DNA from: Gammaproteobacteria bacterium
GTDB lineage: Bacteria; Pseudomonadota; Gammaproteobacteria; BMS3Bbin11
Length of the DNA stretch: 64,000 bases
Assembly: GCA_013150915.1 (NCBI GenBank)
Contig: JAADJE010000084.1
Location: forward strand, 136-64,135
Direction of reading: 5' to 3'
Part shown: positions 1 to 9,605 of the stretch, piece by piece
Layout: each line of letters starts with the position of its first letter
Numbering within the stretch: position 1 is the first letter of the stretch
Made by a program: the position numbers and the translations under genes
Notes under the pieces: generated by a model
What the model was told of the DNA's origin: nothing
The model's input: only the letters and a program-made list of their open reading frames with translations
Database searches by the model: none

Positions 1-231
1 TGGCATACGAAATAAGGCTCGGATGCGCAACGTACTTAGGGAGATTCTGATTTATTCGTCATTGTAGAGAAAGTCGTGACGAGGAAATCTCTAAGTGCCT
101 GATCATATTGTACACGCTTGCTATGCCTCGGTACTCGTGGCCATAAAGAAGGCGTAACCATTCTGCAAGAAATGCCTGAAGGGTGGCGTGACAAGTTTTT
201 TGAATTAATCAAAGATTCCTTGGTGTGATTC

Positions 232-281
232 GGGTCAGATTCCAGACCTTGCTTTTATTAGAGAAAAACAGAATCTGACCC
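232..281. repeat. 11-bp perfect inverted repeat (GGGTCAGATTC / GAATCTGACCC), REP-like hairpin or terminator
   Basis: Arms at 232-242 and 271-281, followed by a T run; lies just past the stop of the minus-strand cytochrome c gene. Confidence 0.6.
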
Positions 282-288
282 TATTTTT

Positions 289-756
289 TTACCGGGTCTG
301 AGTCCGCTTTGCTTCCTTGGGTGTACAACGCGCACTCATATGCTTAGGTCCCTGGCAAGAGAGTGTCTTTGGCCCCCACAAGCTCTTGATATATGAAACG
401 ATATATTGTGCATCCTTTTCTGAAATTGTACCCTTCCACGCTGGCATACGTTTCGTACTTGGCGTGCCATTAAGGATTGTATTCACCATCTGTTTATCGG
501 TATGGTGCCAGGCGTGTGATGTTTCATTCAGTGGCAAGGCCGGAATGTAGCCAGGCTTACGTAGCGCTGGCGGAACCGGCTTCTCGCCAACACCCTGTTT
601 TTGATGACAGGCCTGGCAGTATTGCCCGTATAATTCTTTCCCATTTGAAACGGATGTCGGGTCAGGCTTCTTACCTGTTTCTCCGTAGACAACAGCACTG
701 AACATTACAATAAAAGTAAACAATATAAATTTAAATCCGTAACTCATTATAGACAT
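289..756 (-). CDS. Periplasmic monoheme c-type cytochrome
   Basis: Signal peptide, CQACH heme motif, HAWHH segment, MPAW axial Met region. Confidence 0.88.
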   Translation of the reverse strand: MSIMSYGFKFILFTFIVMFSAVVYGETGKKPDPTSVSNGKELYGQYCQACHQKQGVGEKPVPPALRKPGYIPALPLNETSHAWHHTDKQMVNTILNGTPSTKRMPAWKGTISEKDAQYIVSYIKSLWGPKTLSCQGPKHMSARCTPKEAKRTQTR

Positions 757-1012
757 AGACTTAACTCCTCACAAAGATGTAGCGCTAAGCACTTATAAAT
801 TCAGGAGAATCACAGTACCTGCGGGATCAGACTCGATTGAACCTGGAAGCGATGAAAATATGATCAAACCACTGACCCGCATTATAGCATTATGCCCATG
901 AGGTGTTAAATGGCACGTGACCCAGAATGGTAATAATTATAGCGCTATTTACCTCCAGGCACTGACAGATATGTACGGACTAATACTCCTGGTGAGCTAA
1001 AAAAAAGGGGCG

Positions 1013-1420
1013 CTAGTGGCTAGAAACCACCAGAGGTTTATGCCTCACCTGCCCATCCTTCGGATCCATCATATCAACCTGCCCCCGATGCAGCTCCATC
1101 GTTGATACCTGGGTCGATTCCAGCGTATCGCGCAGACAGTTGAAGGCGGTTTCAGATGACACCGTATCCCCACAGGTGAACAGATCCACTGCAGCATATC
1201 CGTATTCGGGCCAGGTATGGATAGACAAATGACTTTCAGCAATGATTACTGCTCCGGAAACACCGTGTGGGGAAAAATGATGGAAGGTCTTTGCTACGAT
1301 CGTCGCACCGGCCTTTTCGGCTGCATCAACCATCACAGCACGAATGAAATTCACATCATTCAGCGAATCGCGATTGCAACCATAAAATTCAGCAACTATC
1401 TGATGCCCAAGTGAACGCAT
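1013..1420 (-). CDS. speD: S-adenosylmethionine decarboxylase proenzyme (class 1B)
   Basis: HHFSPHGVSG and IAESHLSIHTWPEYGYAAVDLFTCG motifs with the E-S autocleavage site. Confidence 0.9.
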   Translation of the reverse strand: MRSLGHQIVAEFYGCNRDSLNDVNFIRAVMVDAAEKAGATIVAKTFHHFSPHGVSGAVIIAESHLSIHTWPEYGYAAVDLFTCGDTVSSETAFNCLRDTLESTQVSTMELHRGQVDMMDPKDGQVRHKPLVVSSH

Positions 1421-1559
1421 TGGCCTGTACCTAAGAATATTTTGGGAATTTTGGGGCGCGAAGTGTAACGTTGACCCGGCCGTTGTGCAATAGGAGAAAA
1501 GATGTCTTGCGGGTCACGGGCAACGATTCCTGTTTCCCGTAAAACGGCGCCCGTCAGCC

Positions 1560-2156
1560 CTAATTCGCCTCTATTTTAAGGCGTAACGGTTTAATCCCCA
1601 AAACCCCCAGGCGCTTAACAACGTCTTTTTTCGTGCGTGTGCTGCTATAGGGGCCTAATCTGACACGATAATACTGGCCCTTGCCATCGACTGAAATCTT
1701 CTCTATGCGGGAGGACAGTCCATTCAGTGCCAGTTTAGCCTTAAGCTTATCTGCATCCTTGAATGAGGAATATGAGGCGGCCTGTAAGATATAGGTACTT
1801 TCAGTTTTCTGCTTCCTGGCTGGCTTCGGACCTTCACGGAAAAACTGTTTTTCATCAACCACTGTTTCATATTCTGGTAACACAGTGTAAAAATCAAAAA
1901 CCAGTTTTGGCTTATCGGGTATTTTTTTGTCTTTACGGGCGGTCTTTTCAGAATTAGCTGTACGACTATCGACCAGATTTTTGATGCCCGCACCCAGGCT
2001 CATCTTCATCCCGCTGGAGTAAATATACATGCCACCAAAACTAAACAATACACCGAGTAAAATGCCCGCAATTAAAGTTGGCCATCTGTGCACTGTAGAT
2101 GATGTGGATTTACGACTGGCTCCTTTATGTTTTCCAGACTTTTTTCTCGGTGGCAT
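1560..2156 (-). CDS. SPOR-domain cell division protein (FtsN-like)
   Basis: N-terminal TM helix, FDFYTVLP motif, C-terminal SPOR domain (YILQAAS...YRVRLGPY); directly downstream of argS. Confidence 0.85.
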   Translation of the reverse strand: MPPRKKSGKHKGASRKSTSSTVHRWPTLIAGILLGVLFSFGGMYIYSSGMKMSLGAGIKNLVDSRTANSEKTARKDKKIPDKPKLVFDFYTVLPEYETVVDEKQFFREGPKPARKQKTESTYILQAASYSSFKDADKLKAKLALNGLSSRIEKISVDGKGQYYRVRLGPYSSTRTKKDVVKRLGVLGIKPLRLKIEAN

Positions 2157-3916
2157 TACATACTCTCCGGTGCTGAAACACCCAGTAAACCAAGACCGTT
2201 GGCCAGCACCTGTCGCGTAGCCTGAATCAATGCCAGCCTTGCATCGCGAAGCCCCTTATCCTCAACCAGAAATTGACTGGCGTTGTAGTAGCTGTGGAAC
2301 CCATTGGCCAACTCTCGCAGATAGTAGGCTATCTGGTGCGGCTCATGGTTTGTCGCAGCCCATTCTATCACTTCAGGGTAACGGGATAATTCATTCATAA
2401 GATCCTTCTCATGTTGTTCGGTCAGCAATTCCAATTTTGCATCGGCAGGGTTGGCTAATTTCAACTTCTTTTCAGACAACTGGACCATCACACTGCAGAT
2501 CCGTGCATGCGCATACTGTACATAGTAAACGGGATTTTCACTGGAGCGGGACCTGGCCAGATCAAGGTCAAAATCCATGTGCTGCTCGCATTTTCGCATG
2601 ACATAAAAGAAACGTGCCGCATCATTCCCAACCTCACTGCGCAACTCTCGCAAGGTCACAAATTCACCTGAGCGGGTAGACATGGCGAGCTTTTTACCCC
2701 CCCTGTAGAGAACGGCGAACTGCACCAGCAGTACCTCAAAACGATCCCTGTCAGCATTCAGTGCCTGCAAAGCCGCCTTCACTCGGGCCACGTAGCCATG
2801 GTGGTCTGCACCCCAGACATCAATCAGCCGGTCAAAGCCCCTGTCCAGTTTGTCCAGATGGTAGGCTATATCGGAAGCAAAGTAGGTACTCTGACCATTA
2901 TCACGAACGATAACACGGTCTTTTTCATCACCGAAATCGGTGGAACGAAACCATTTTGCACCGTCTTTCTCATACAGATAACCCCCACTTTCCAGTGTTT
3001 GTATCGCTTTCTCCATTTCACCGCTATTGTGCAGACTGCGCTCAGAAAACCAGCGATCAAACTCAACACCGAACTCTACAAGGTCGCGCCGAATATTATC
3101 CGTAATCTCATTCAATCCCTGATCAAATACCCGTGCATAGTCGTCTGCCAACAATTTTTGTGCGCGCTCAATCAAGCCGTCAATATGGGATTCCCTGTCG
3201 CCACCGAGAGGCTCATCGGGGGGGACACCAACAAAAACATCACTGATCTTCCGGTACAACGCATCACCCTGGCTACGGTGTAGGCTGGCCGCAATGTCCC
3301 AGACGTAATCGCCCTGATAAGCATTCACTGGAAAGTCCATCTCTTCCCCGCACAACTCCAGGTAACGCAACCACACGCTGACCGCAAGTATATTCATCTG
3401 ACGACCGGCATCATTCACATAGTACTCGGTACAGACCTGGTAGCCAGCAGCACGTAACAAACGAGCCAGCGCATCACCATAGGCTGCACTACGACCGTGA
3501 CCGACATGCAAAGGGCCTGTCGGGTTAGCTGAAACAAATTCAACGATCACCTTCTGCCCGACTCCAATATCTGTCCTGCCAAATTCGCTGCCCTCAGAAA
3601 TAACATCTCTGATCGCCTGGTAAAGTGGCTCATCGGTGAGAAAAAAGTTGATAAACCCAGGCCCAGCCAGCTCTACCTTGTTGACGATACCCACTGCAGA
3701 CAGCCTGTCCAGGATTAATTTAGCCAGGTCGCGTGGGGCACAACGGACGTGTTTTGCCAGTAGCATGGCGATATTACAGGAAAAATCACCGTGCTCTTTT
3801 TGTCGGGTTCGATCTATGTTGATATCAGGCAAATCAATTTCAGGCAGGAGATTCTCTTCAACAAGCCGCTTAAGAGCATTACTCACAAGCGCCTGTAACT
3901 GTGGTTTCAGCTTCAT
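2156..3916 (-). CDS. argS: Arginine--tRNA ligase
   Basis: [22 protein letters not shown] motif, [20 protein letters not shown]-terminal APESM. Confidence 0.98.
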   Translation of the reverse strand: MKLKPQLQALVSNALKRLVEENLLPEIDLPDINIDRTRQKEHGDFSCNIAMLLAKHVRCAPRDLAKLILDRLSAVGIVNKVELAGPGFINFFLTDEPLYQAIRDVISEGSEFGRTDIGVGQKVIVEFVSANPTGPLHVGHGRSAAYGDALARLLRAAGYQVCTEYYVNDAGRQMNILAVSVWLRYLELCGEEMDFPVNAYQGDYVWDIAASLHRSQGDALYRKISDVFVGVPPDEPLGGDRESHIDGLIERAQKLLADDYARVFDQGLNEITDNIRRDLVEFGVEFDRWFSERSLHNSGEMEKAIQTLESGGYLYEKDGAKWFRSTDFGDEKDRVIVRDNGQSTYFASDIAYHLDKLDRGFDRLIDVWGADHHGYVARVKAALQALNADRDRFEVLLVQFAVLYRGGKKLAMSTRSGEFVTLRELRSEVGNDAARFFYVMRKCEQHMDFDLDLARSRSSENPVYYVQYAHARICSVMVQLSEKKLKLANPADAKLELLTEQHEKDLMNELSRYPEVIEWAATNHEPHQIAYYLRELANGFHSYYNASQFLVEDKGLRDARLALIQATRQVLANGLGLLGVSAPESM

Positions 3917-4003
3917 TTAATAAGTGTCTCTTCAGACGGGGAACCGGGATGCGGATTGTAGCATCTCTGAAAGCTCAGATTGAAGGGAGAATAATGTGAA
4001 CCT

Positions 4004-4024
4004 TGTAGGCGTGACGCTCCTACA
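4004..4024. repeat. Short GTAG-type REP-like palindrome
   Basis: TGTAGG-cgtgacgct-CCTACA dyad between priA and argS. Confidence 0.4.
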
Positions 4025-4058
4025 GCATATTATTCAACAACTATGCAATCATTACGTC

Positions 4059-6332
4059 TCAATACAAATCAACCGGGTCCACGTCCAGTGACCAGCGTAC
4101 ACGACGTGCGCTACGGTCGCTCTCAATCTCTCCGCGCCATTGATAAAGAAAATCATGCAGAGGTTTTCTACTTGCCGCCTGTACCAGGAGCTGGGCCCGA
4201 TAACGGCCGGCGCGTTTTTCCATAACCGAAGGTACCGGCTCGGATAAGTTGACAGGCCGCATCGCTGCACTGGATACAATCAACGATCTTGCCTTACAGT
4301 GCATGGCTTCTAAAAATTTCAGGGCTTCCTGCTGTTTTGTCGCCTCGGCACGCAGCAGGGCGATATGGGTGTAGGGGGGATAATCTGCACTTTTGCGTTC
4401 CTTCAATGCCATCCTGGCAAAGGCTTTATAGTCATGCTGTGCAATGGCCTGCAGCCAGGGACTATCAGGAAAACGCGTTTGGACCAGAACCGTACCCTGT
4501 TTATCCGCTCGCCCTGCTCTGCCAGCCACCTGCGTGATCAGCTGGAACAAACGCTCACTGGCACGAAAATCGGAGGAGAATAATAATTGATCACTGTCCA
4601 GTATGCCAACCAGACTTAGGTTCGGAAAGTCATGGCCCTTTGACAACATCTGTGTCCCCACCAACACATCTGCTTCTCCATTGTGTGCGCGCTTCAGACG
4701 CCGTTCAAGCTCACCTTTTCGTCGTGTGCTGTCTCGGTCAATGCGCTCTATTGATGCCCCAGGAACCATCTGCTGAATGGTCTGCTGAATATTCTCTGTA
4801 CCCTGTCCAAGGGTAACCATTTCACCGCCCCCGCAATCAGAGCAGTGCTCAGGCCATTGGCTGCTCTTGCCGCAATGATGGCACAGCAAACGGCCTGCCT
4901 TCTTGTGCCAGGTCATGCGCGCATCACATCGCGTACATTGCACGAGTGTATTGCATGACGTACAGCAGACAGCGGGCGCAAAACCCCTACGATTCACAAA
5001 TAACAGACTTTGTTCACCCCGCTCCAGGCCTTGCCTGACACCGTCACGCAAAGGGATACTGATACCGTTCTCTAGCGGCTGTTTTTCAATGTCCAATAGG
5101 TGAATTTCGGGTAGACCTCCGGCGGTCGCCCGTTGTTCCAGTCTCAATAATCCAAACCTGTTCTGGTTTGCATTGTGCCAGCTCTCCAGTGATGGTGTCG
5201 CACTGCCCATGACGACAGGAATGCCCTCCATACTTGCTCGCTTGATTGCCACATCTCGGGCATGGTATCGAAAGCCATCCTGCTGTTTAAACGAACTGTC
5301 GTGTTCTTCATCGAGAATAATAATCCCCGGACGTGCAAGCGGCACAAATACCGCAGAACGTGTCCCGATCAAAACTGCCGAGCTACCGCACCTTGCCCGC
5401 GCCCATGCCCGCATGCGTTGTGTGTCGTTCATGCCGGAGTGCAGCACATCGATTACAACCTCAAAACGCTGTCGAAAACGATCGACCAGCTGCGGTGTAA
5501 GGCTGATCTCCGGAACCAATATCAGGGCCTGCTGGTTTCTCTCCAGAACCGCACGAATACAACGCAGATAGACCTCGGTCTTGCCGCTGCCAGTGATGCC
5601 ATGTAACAGAAAGCATTTAAATCTGCCTAAGCTGGCGGTAATGCTGTCAATGGCCTGTTGCTGGTCTGGGGTTGTGCTCAGTGCGGGCAGGGAGGCTACC
5701 CGTTCGGTGGCAGGCGGCTCTGCTCTCTCAATCAGACCCTTCCCTTCAATTACTTCGATGGCTTTTTTCCAAGCCCTGGAGACGGCTTTACAGGCCTCAG
5801 ATCCCTGCGGCATTTCTGCTTCAGAAAACATTTCCAACAAACGATGCTGAATGGCAGCACGTCCCGGTCCCTGCTTCAATGCCTCCATGCCCAGCGCCGT
5901 AATTACCCAGAATGGCCTGTCCGGTAACTTTGCTGATTTTCCTTCACGCAACAACTTTGGTAGTGCAGAGAAAACCACCTCGCCCAGAGGGTGTATATAA
6001 TAATCAGCCACCCAACACAGGAGCTGAAGCATTTTACTGTCCAGTACGGGCTCAGAATCAAGCACTGCCCTGACCGCCTTTAATTTTTTTATATCAAGCC
6101 GTGATGAATTGCTCACCTCTATAACCAGCCCGGTCATGATCCTACTGCCAAAGCCAACCCGAACCCTGCAGCCCGGACAGGGCAATACCAAAGTCGCCGG
6201 AACAATGTAATCAAATATTTTACGTACTGGGACTGACAGGACAACTCGGACGACAATGTCCTGCTCTAGCCGTTCATCTGAAGTTTCTGACAGATTATCT
6301 GACAAGGTATCGGTATTTTTTTTATTTGACAT
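4059..6332 (-). CDS. priA: Primosomal protein N' (replication restart helicase)
   Basis: GITGSGKTEVY, DEEH, Cys-rich zinc region, GTQMLSKGHDFP, C-terminal DVDP. Confidence 0.97.
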   Translation of the reverse strand: MSNKKNTDTLSDNLSETSDERLEQDIVVRVVLSVPVRKIFDYIVPATLVLPCPGCRVRVGFGSRIMTGLVIEVSNSSRLDIKKLKAVRAVLDSEPVLDSKMLQLLCWVADYYIHPLGEVVFSALPKLLREGKSAKLPDRPFWVITALGMEALKQGPGRAAIQHRLLEMFSEAEMPQGSEACKAVSRAWKKAIEVIEGKGLIERAEPPATERVASLPALSTTPDQQQAIDSITASLGRFKCFLLHGITGSGKTEVYLRCIRAVLERNQQALILVPEISLTPQLVDRFRQRFEVVIDVLHSGMNDTQRMRAWARARCGSSAVLIGTRSAVFVPLARPGIIILDEEHDSSFKQQDGFRYHARDVAIKRASMEGIPVVMGSATPSLESWHNANQNRFGLLRLEQRATAGGLPEIHLLDIEKQPLENGISIPLRDGVRQGLERGEQSLLFVNRRGFAPAVCCTSCNTLVQCTRCDARMTWHKKAGRLLCHHCGKSSQWPEHCSDCGGGEMVTLGQGTENIQQTIQQMVPGASIERIDRDSTRRKGELERRLKRAHNGEADVLVGTQMLSKGHDFPNLSLVGILDSDQLLFSSDFRASERLFQLITQVAGRAGRADKQGTVLVQTRFPDSPWLQAIAQHDYKAFARMALKERKSADYPPYTHIALLRAEATKQQEALKFLEAMHCKARSLIVSSAAMRPVNLSEPVPSVMEKRAGRYRAQLLVQAASRKPLHDFLYQWRGEIESDRSARRVRWSLDVDPVDLY

Positions 6333-6383
6333 ACTTTCAAAAAAAGACTAGCACGGAAATATTCATCTCTAGCGCAAAGAACC

Positions 6384-6619
6384 TGTGGATAACTTTGTTG
6401 ATAAAGAGCAGAAAACGGCCAGTAGACACGCTTACAGGAAACGCTAGCCTAAAATGAAAAAATTTCAAGAAATCATTAATACATGAAAAAGATCAATATG
6501 TTAAATGATTTGCTTATATAGGCATCTTGCGGCGCCCCCAGTTTATTACATCTTTGTGACAGAATCCCAAAAATGTGAATAAGTGATCGCAGTCAAGCTC
6601 ATGAACTATCAATCACTTA
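6384..6619. promoter_or_regulatory. Cluster of DnaA boxes and IHF-like sites upstream of priA
   Basis: TGTGGATAA 6384-6392 (perfect box), TGTTGATAA 6396-6404, TGTGAATAA 6574-6582; IHF consensus WATCAANNNNTTR matched by TATCAATCACTTA 6607-6619 and near-matched by GATCAATATGTTA 6491-6503. Confidence 0.65.
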
Positions 6620-6743
6620 GGCTATATAGCTAATCCTGAAACGTTGTTTCACCTGTGAAATACGGCCTTTTGTCCTTAAGCCGTTACGGCTCCCCTGCAA
6701 AAAATCTTCAGGCGACTTCTATAAATGCCATAATCACACAAGC

Positions 6744-7637
6744 ATGAAAAACAACATTCCGCTGCAAAAAAATATTGCCACCTCCATTTCTGCCGCTATT
6801 CGTCAGAAATTTTCCATAACCAAACTAAACACCCTTGCTGGCGGTTGTATCAACACCGCCTACGCTGTAAATGATGGCGATCGTTACTTTTTCATCAAAT
6901 TAAATACGGCCAGATCTCTCTTCATGTTTGAAGCTGAATATCAGGCACTGCTTGAACTGGAGAACGCCAATACCCTCCACGTACCACATCCCATCAGCAC
7001 GGGCCATTACGACAAATACGCATGGCTGGCAATGGAGTACCTGCCTTTACAAAATGACGGCAACCACCACAAACTGGGCGAGCAACTGGCCGCCATGCAC
7101 AAGGTCACTCGAGACCGCTTTGGCTGGGACAGGGACAACACGATAGGGTCTACACTGCAAATAAATACCCCTGGCGATGACTGGCTAAAATTTTTCCGCC
7201 ACAACCGTCTGGAATATCAACTAAAGCTTGCTGCAGCAAAAGGCTATACCGGCTCACTGCAAAAAGCAGGTGCTACCCTGGTAGATTGTATGGATGATTT
7301 TTTCAGCGACTATACCCCCGTGCCATCATTGCTGCACGGTGACCTCTGGAGCGGTAATTACGCCTTTATCGAGAACGGTGACCCCGTCCTGTTTGACCCG
7401 GCTTTATACTATGGGGATCGTGAAGCCGACATCGCCATGACGGAACTATTTGGTGGTTTCAGTAACGATTTTCGCTCCTCATACGAGGCATGCTGGCCAC
7501 TTGATGACGGCTTTAAAACTCGCAGACATCTCTACAATTGCTATCATGTACTCAATCATCTTAATCTCTTCGGTGGGGGCTATGCTCGACAGGCTGAAGA
7601 TATGATGATGAGGCTACTGAGTGAACGAAATGCATAG
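6744..7637 (+). CDS. Fructosamine kinase family protein
   Basis: GGCIN, FFIK, FGWDRDNTIG, PSLLHGDLWSGN, DPALYYGDREAD. Confidence 0.93.
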   Translation: MKNNIPLQKNIATSISAAIRQKFSITKLNTLAGGCINTAYAVNDGDRYFFIKLNTARSLFMFEAEYQALLELENANTLHVPHPISTGHYDKYAWLAMEYLPLQNDGNHHKLGEQLAAMHKVTRDRFGWDRDNTIGSTLQINTPGDDWLKFFRHNRLEYQLKLAAAKGYTGSLQKAGATLVDCMDDFFSDYTPVPSLLHGDLWSGNYAFIENGDPVLFDPALYYGDREADIAMTELFGGFSNDFRSSYEACWPLDDGFKTRRHLYNCYHVLNHLNLFGGGYARQAEDMMMRLLSERNA

Positions 7638-7662
7638 AAAAAGTAATTGGTTAACAAATCTT

Positions 7663-8391
7663 TTATTCTTCTGAGTAGCTACCCGCCTCTTTCGGCAAGG
7701 TACCACGCAAGGCCTCTCGATCTACCCACCATTTATCGCCGACGATGACATCGAGCATCATGCCCAGTCTCGGCAGAAATTTATCGGGCTGATTCAATTC
7801 AAGCCTCTCTACCCACATATCAATCAGTTCGCGTTCTTTATATCCACTGTGCCGATAAGCCACACTTGCCAGTAAATTTCCGGTTAAAAACCCCAGACTT
7901 TCTCTTTGTGTATCATCGCTGGCACGCAGTTCGGCAAGGTAATGAGCGGCCGCAGCCGCGACGGCCCCGCCATCCGACTCTGCAGGTGTTTCTTCAATAA
8001 CATGATCCAGCATGTTGACACTCAATGTCGGATCAACCGGAAAGGTCACGGCAAGCCATACGCCATTACCCAGCGCAATAATCGAGTCATCCTGATCCGT
8101 TGCATACAGGATCTCGCTGGTTTCGACTGCATCCTGCCAGGCGGCCAGCCTTATAAAAGAATCAAATAACGGACGCGCAATATCCCAGGCCTCTTTTTTT
8201 CGTTCCATTGCAACCAGCAAGGTTGCGATATCTAACTGCAGCCTTTTCCCTGTCAGTTCATCACTGACTTTGGGGAGTTCTGCCAGCCTTTTCTGTAGGC
8301 GGCCAAGCTCCTGCTGCATCTGCTGTACTGCTTTTTCACCAGGTTCTAAAATATTATTACTGAGACCCATACCAATAAGATTATCTGTCAT
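7663..8391 (-). CDS. Hypothetical all-helical (TPR-like) protein
   Basis: Long ORF with helical, acidic composition; start chosen at ATG 8391 (ORF track extends to 8499). Confidence 0.7.
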   Translation of the reverse strand: MTDNLIGMGLSNNILEPGEKAVQQMQQELGRLQKRLAELPKVSDELTGKRLQLDIATLLVAMERKKEAWDIARPLFDSFIRLAAWQDAVETSEILYATDQDDSIIALGNGVWLAVTFPVDPTLSVNMLDHVIEETPAESDGGAVAAAAAHYLAELRASDDTQRESLGFLTGNLLASVAYRHSGYKERELIDMWVERLELNQPDKFLPRLGMMLDVIVGDKWWVDREALRGTLPKEAGSYSEE

Positions 8392-8519
8392 CGTACTAAA
8401 ACCGGTAGAATTGGTGGCAATACCCTTAAGGGCCACACTAAGTACAGCGGCATCAATTTTAATTGACTCAATGCAAACTTGCCACGTAATAACCACCAAA
8501 TATACAGGGTATTAACCTA

Positions 8520-8915
8520 ATGGATAATACTGGCCTGGGCATACTCCTGATCGTTGCGGTAGTTTTTACTGTTCCCTATCTATTAAAGCGCTTTTCATCA
8601 GGCCGCGCCGTTGGCAAGACCGCACCTTCCTTTGAACATCTGCTGCCTGAGGGCGCAGATGTCCATAAAACCCTCTATTTTTACTTTATGTCGAACAACT
8701 GTCCTATGTGCTCACCGATGAGTCTGCTAATAGAAGAACTGCAGACCCTGAATCCAAATATTATTACTATCAACGTGAACAAAATGCCCGATCTTGTCCG
8801 GGGATTTTACGTGCACGGCACGCCAACACTGCTGGCGGTAAAGAATAATATAATCTTAAAAGCAAAACTGGGCGGTTTGAGTGAAAAAAAACTAAGACAC
8901 TTTATTGATGGCTAA
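8520..8915 (+). CDS. Membrane-anchored thioredoxin-family protein
   Basis: N-terminal TM helix, CPMC motif, cis-Pro GTPT. Confidence 0.85.
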   Translation: MDNTGLGILLIVAVVFTVPYLLKRFSSGRAVGKTAPSFEHLLPEGADVHKTLYFYFMSNNCPMCSPMSLLIEELQTLNPNIITINVNKMPDLVRGFYVHGTPTLLAVKNNIILKAKLGGLSEKKLRHFIDG

Positions 8916-8918
8916 ATA

Positions 8919-8946
8919 AAAAAGGGCACCTTTCGGTGCCCTTTTT
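8919..8946. terminator. Bidirectional intrinsic terminator
   Basis: AAAAAGGGCACC-tttc-GGTGCCCTTTTT between convergent genes. Confidence 0.9.
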
Positions 8947-8983
8947 ACTTCGATATTCGAATCAACCGGTGTGCAAGAAGCCG

Positions 8984-9289
8984 TTACTTCGATTTATCCA
9001 TCATATACTGAACAACCCCTTTCAGGTCGTCAGCAGAGCAATCTGTACAGGTCCCTTTAGGTGGCATTGCGCCTTTACCTTTAATAACAATTACCATCAT
9101 TGCATCCATGCCAGCCGCAATACGTGGTGCCCAGGCAGCCTTATCACCAAACTTTGGTGCGCCCGCCACACCGGAAGCATGACAGGTGAAACATTTAGTG
9201 TCATAAATCTTTTTACCATCAGTGCTGGCATTGCCAGCAAATGCGAATAATAAAGAGGCAGCCATTACCAGGCTTGTGGTTAATTTCAT
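8984..9289 (-). CDS. Cytochrome c5
   Basis: Signal peptide, CFTCH, GVAGAPKFGD, GAMPPKG and the CxDC disulfide typical of c5. Confidence 0.92.
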   Translation of the reverse strand: MKLTTSLVMAASLLFAFAGNASTDGKKIYDTKCFTCHASGVAGAPKFGDKAAWAPRIAAGMDAMMVIVIKGKGAMPPKGTCTDCSADDLKGVVQYMMDKSK

Positions 9290-9447
9290 GTGAATTCTCC
9301 AGTTTTGTTTAAGATCCCCCCGAACAGACACGCGATCCGTCTCCCCAGGCTTTTAGACATATTATGCGGCTGAACCTGAATAAGGGCTGAACATTCTTAC
9401 AAAGACAGGCACTAAAAGAAAGGAAGTTTTTTTTATCGTAGCCCAAA

Positions 9448-9605
9448 TAGGGCGCCTCTTAATACATGAATAAGCATCTTGAGTCCAAAATCCGACATCT
9501 CTGCGTTAAGAATCTTCGCAATAGCCCACTATTGCGTGCGATTCTTGCCTGGATCTGACAGATTTTGAATCACAATCTGATTATCCAGTATTGAGAGGCG
9601 CCCTA
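9448..9605. mobile_element. MITE-like palindromic element, copy 1
   Basis: 18-nt terminal IR TAGGGCGCCTCTTAATAC / GTATTGAGAGGCGCCCTA (1 mismatch); central hairpin CGCAATAG-ccca-CTATTGCG; homologous to 46091-46257 and 49472-49639. Confidence 0.8.

Noticed and set aside
1-228. Protein-like reading frame ending ...MPEGWRDKFFELIKDSLV-stop
   Set aside because: In-frame stop near 100 and no recognisable family; cannot be supported without upstream sequence
8463-8476. FNR-like site TTGACTCAATGCAA
   Set aside because: Three mismatches to TTGAT-N4-ATCAA; too weak
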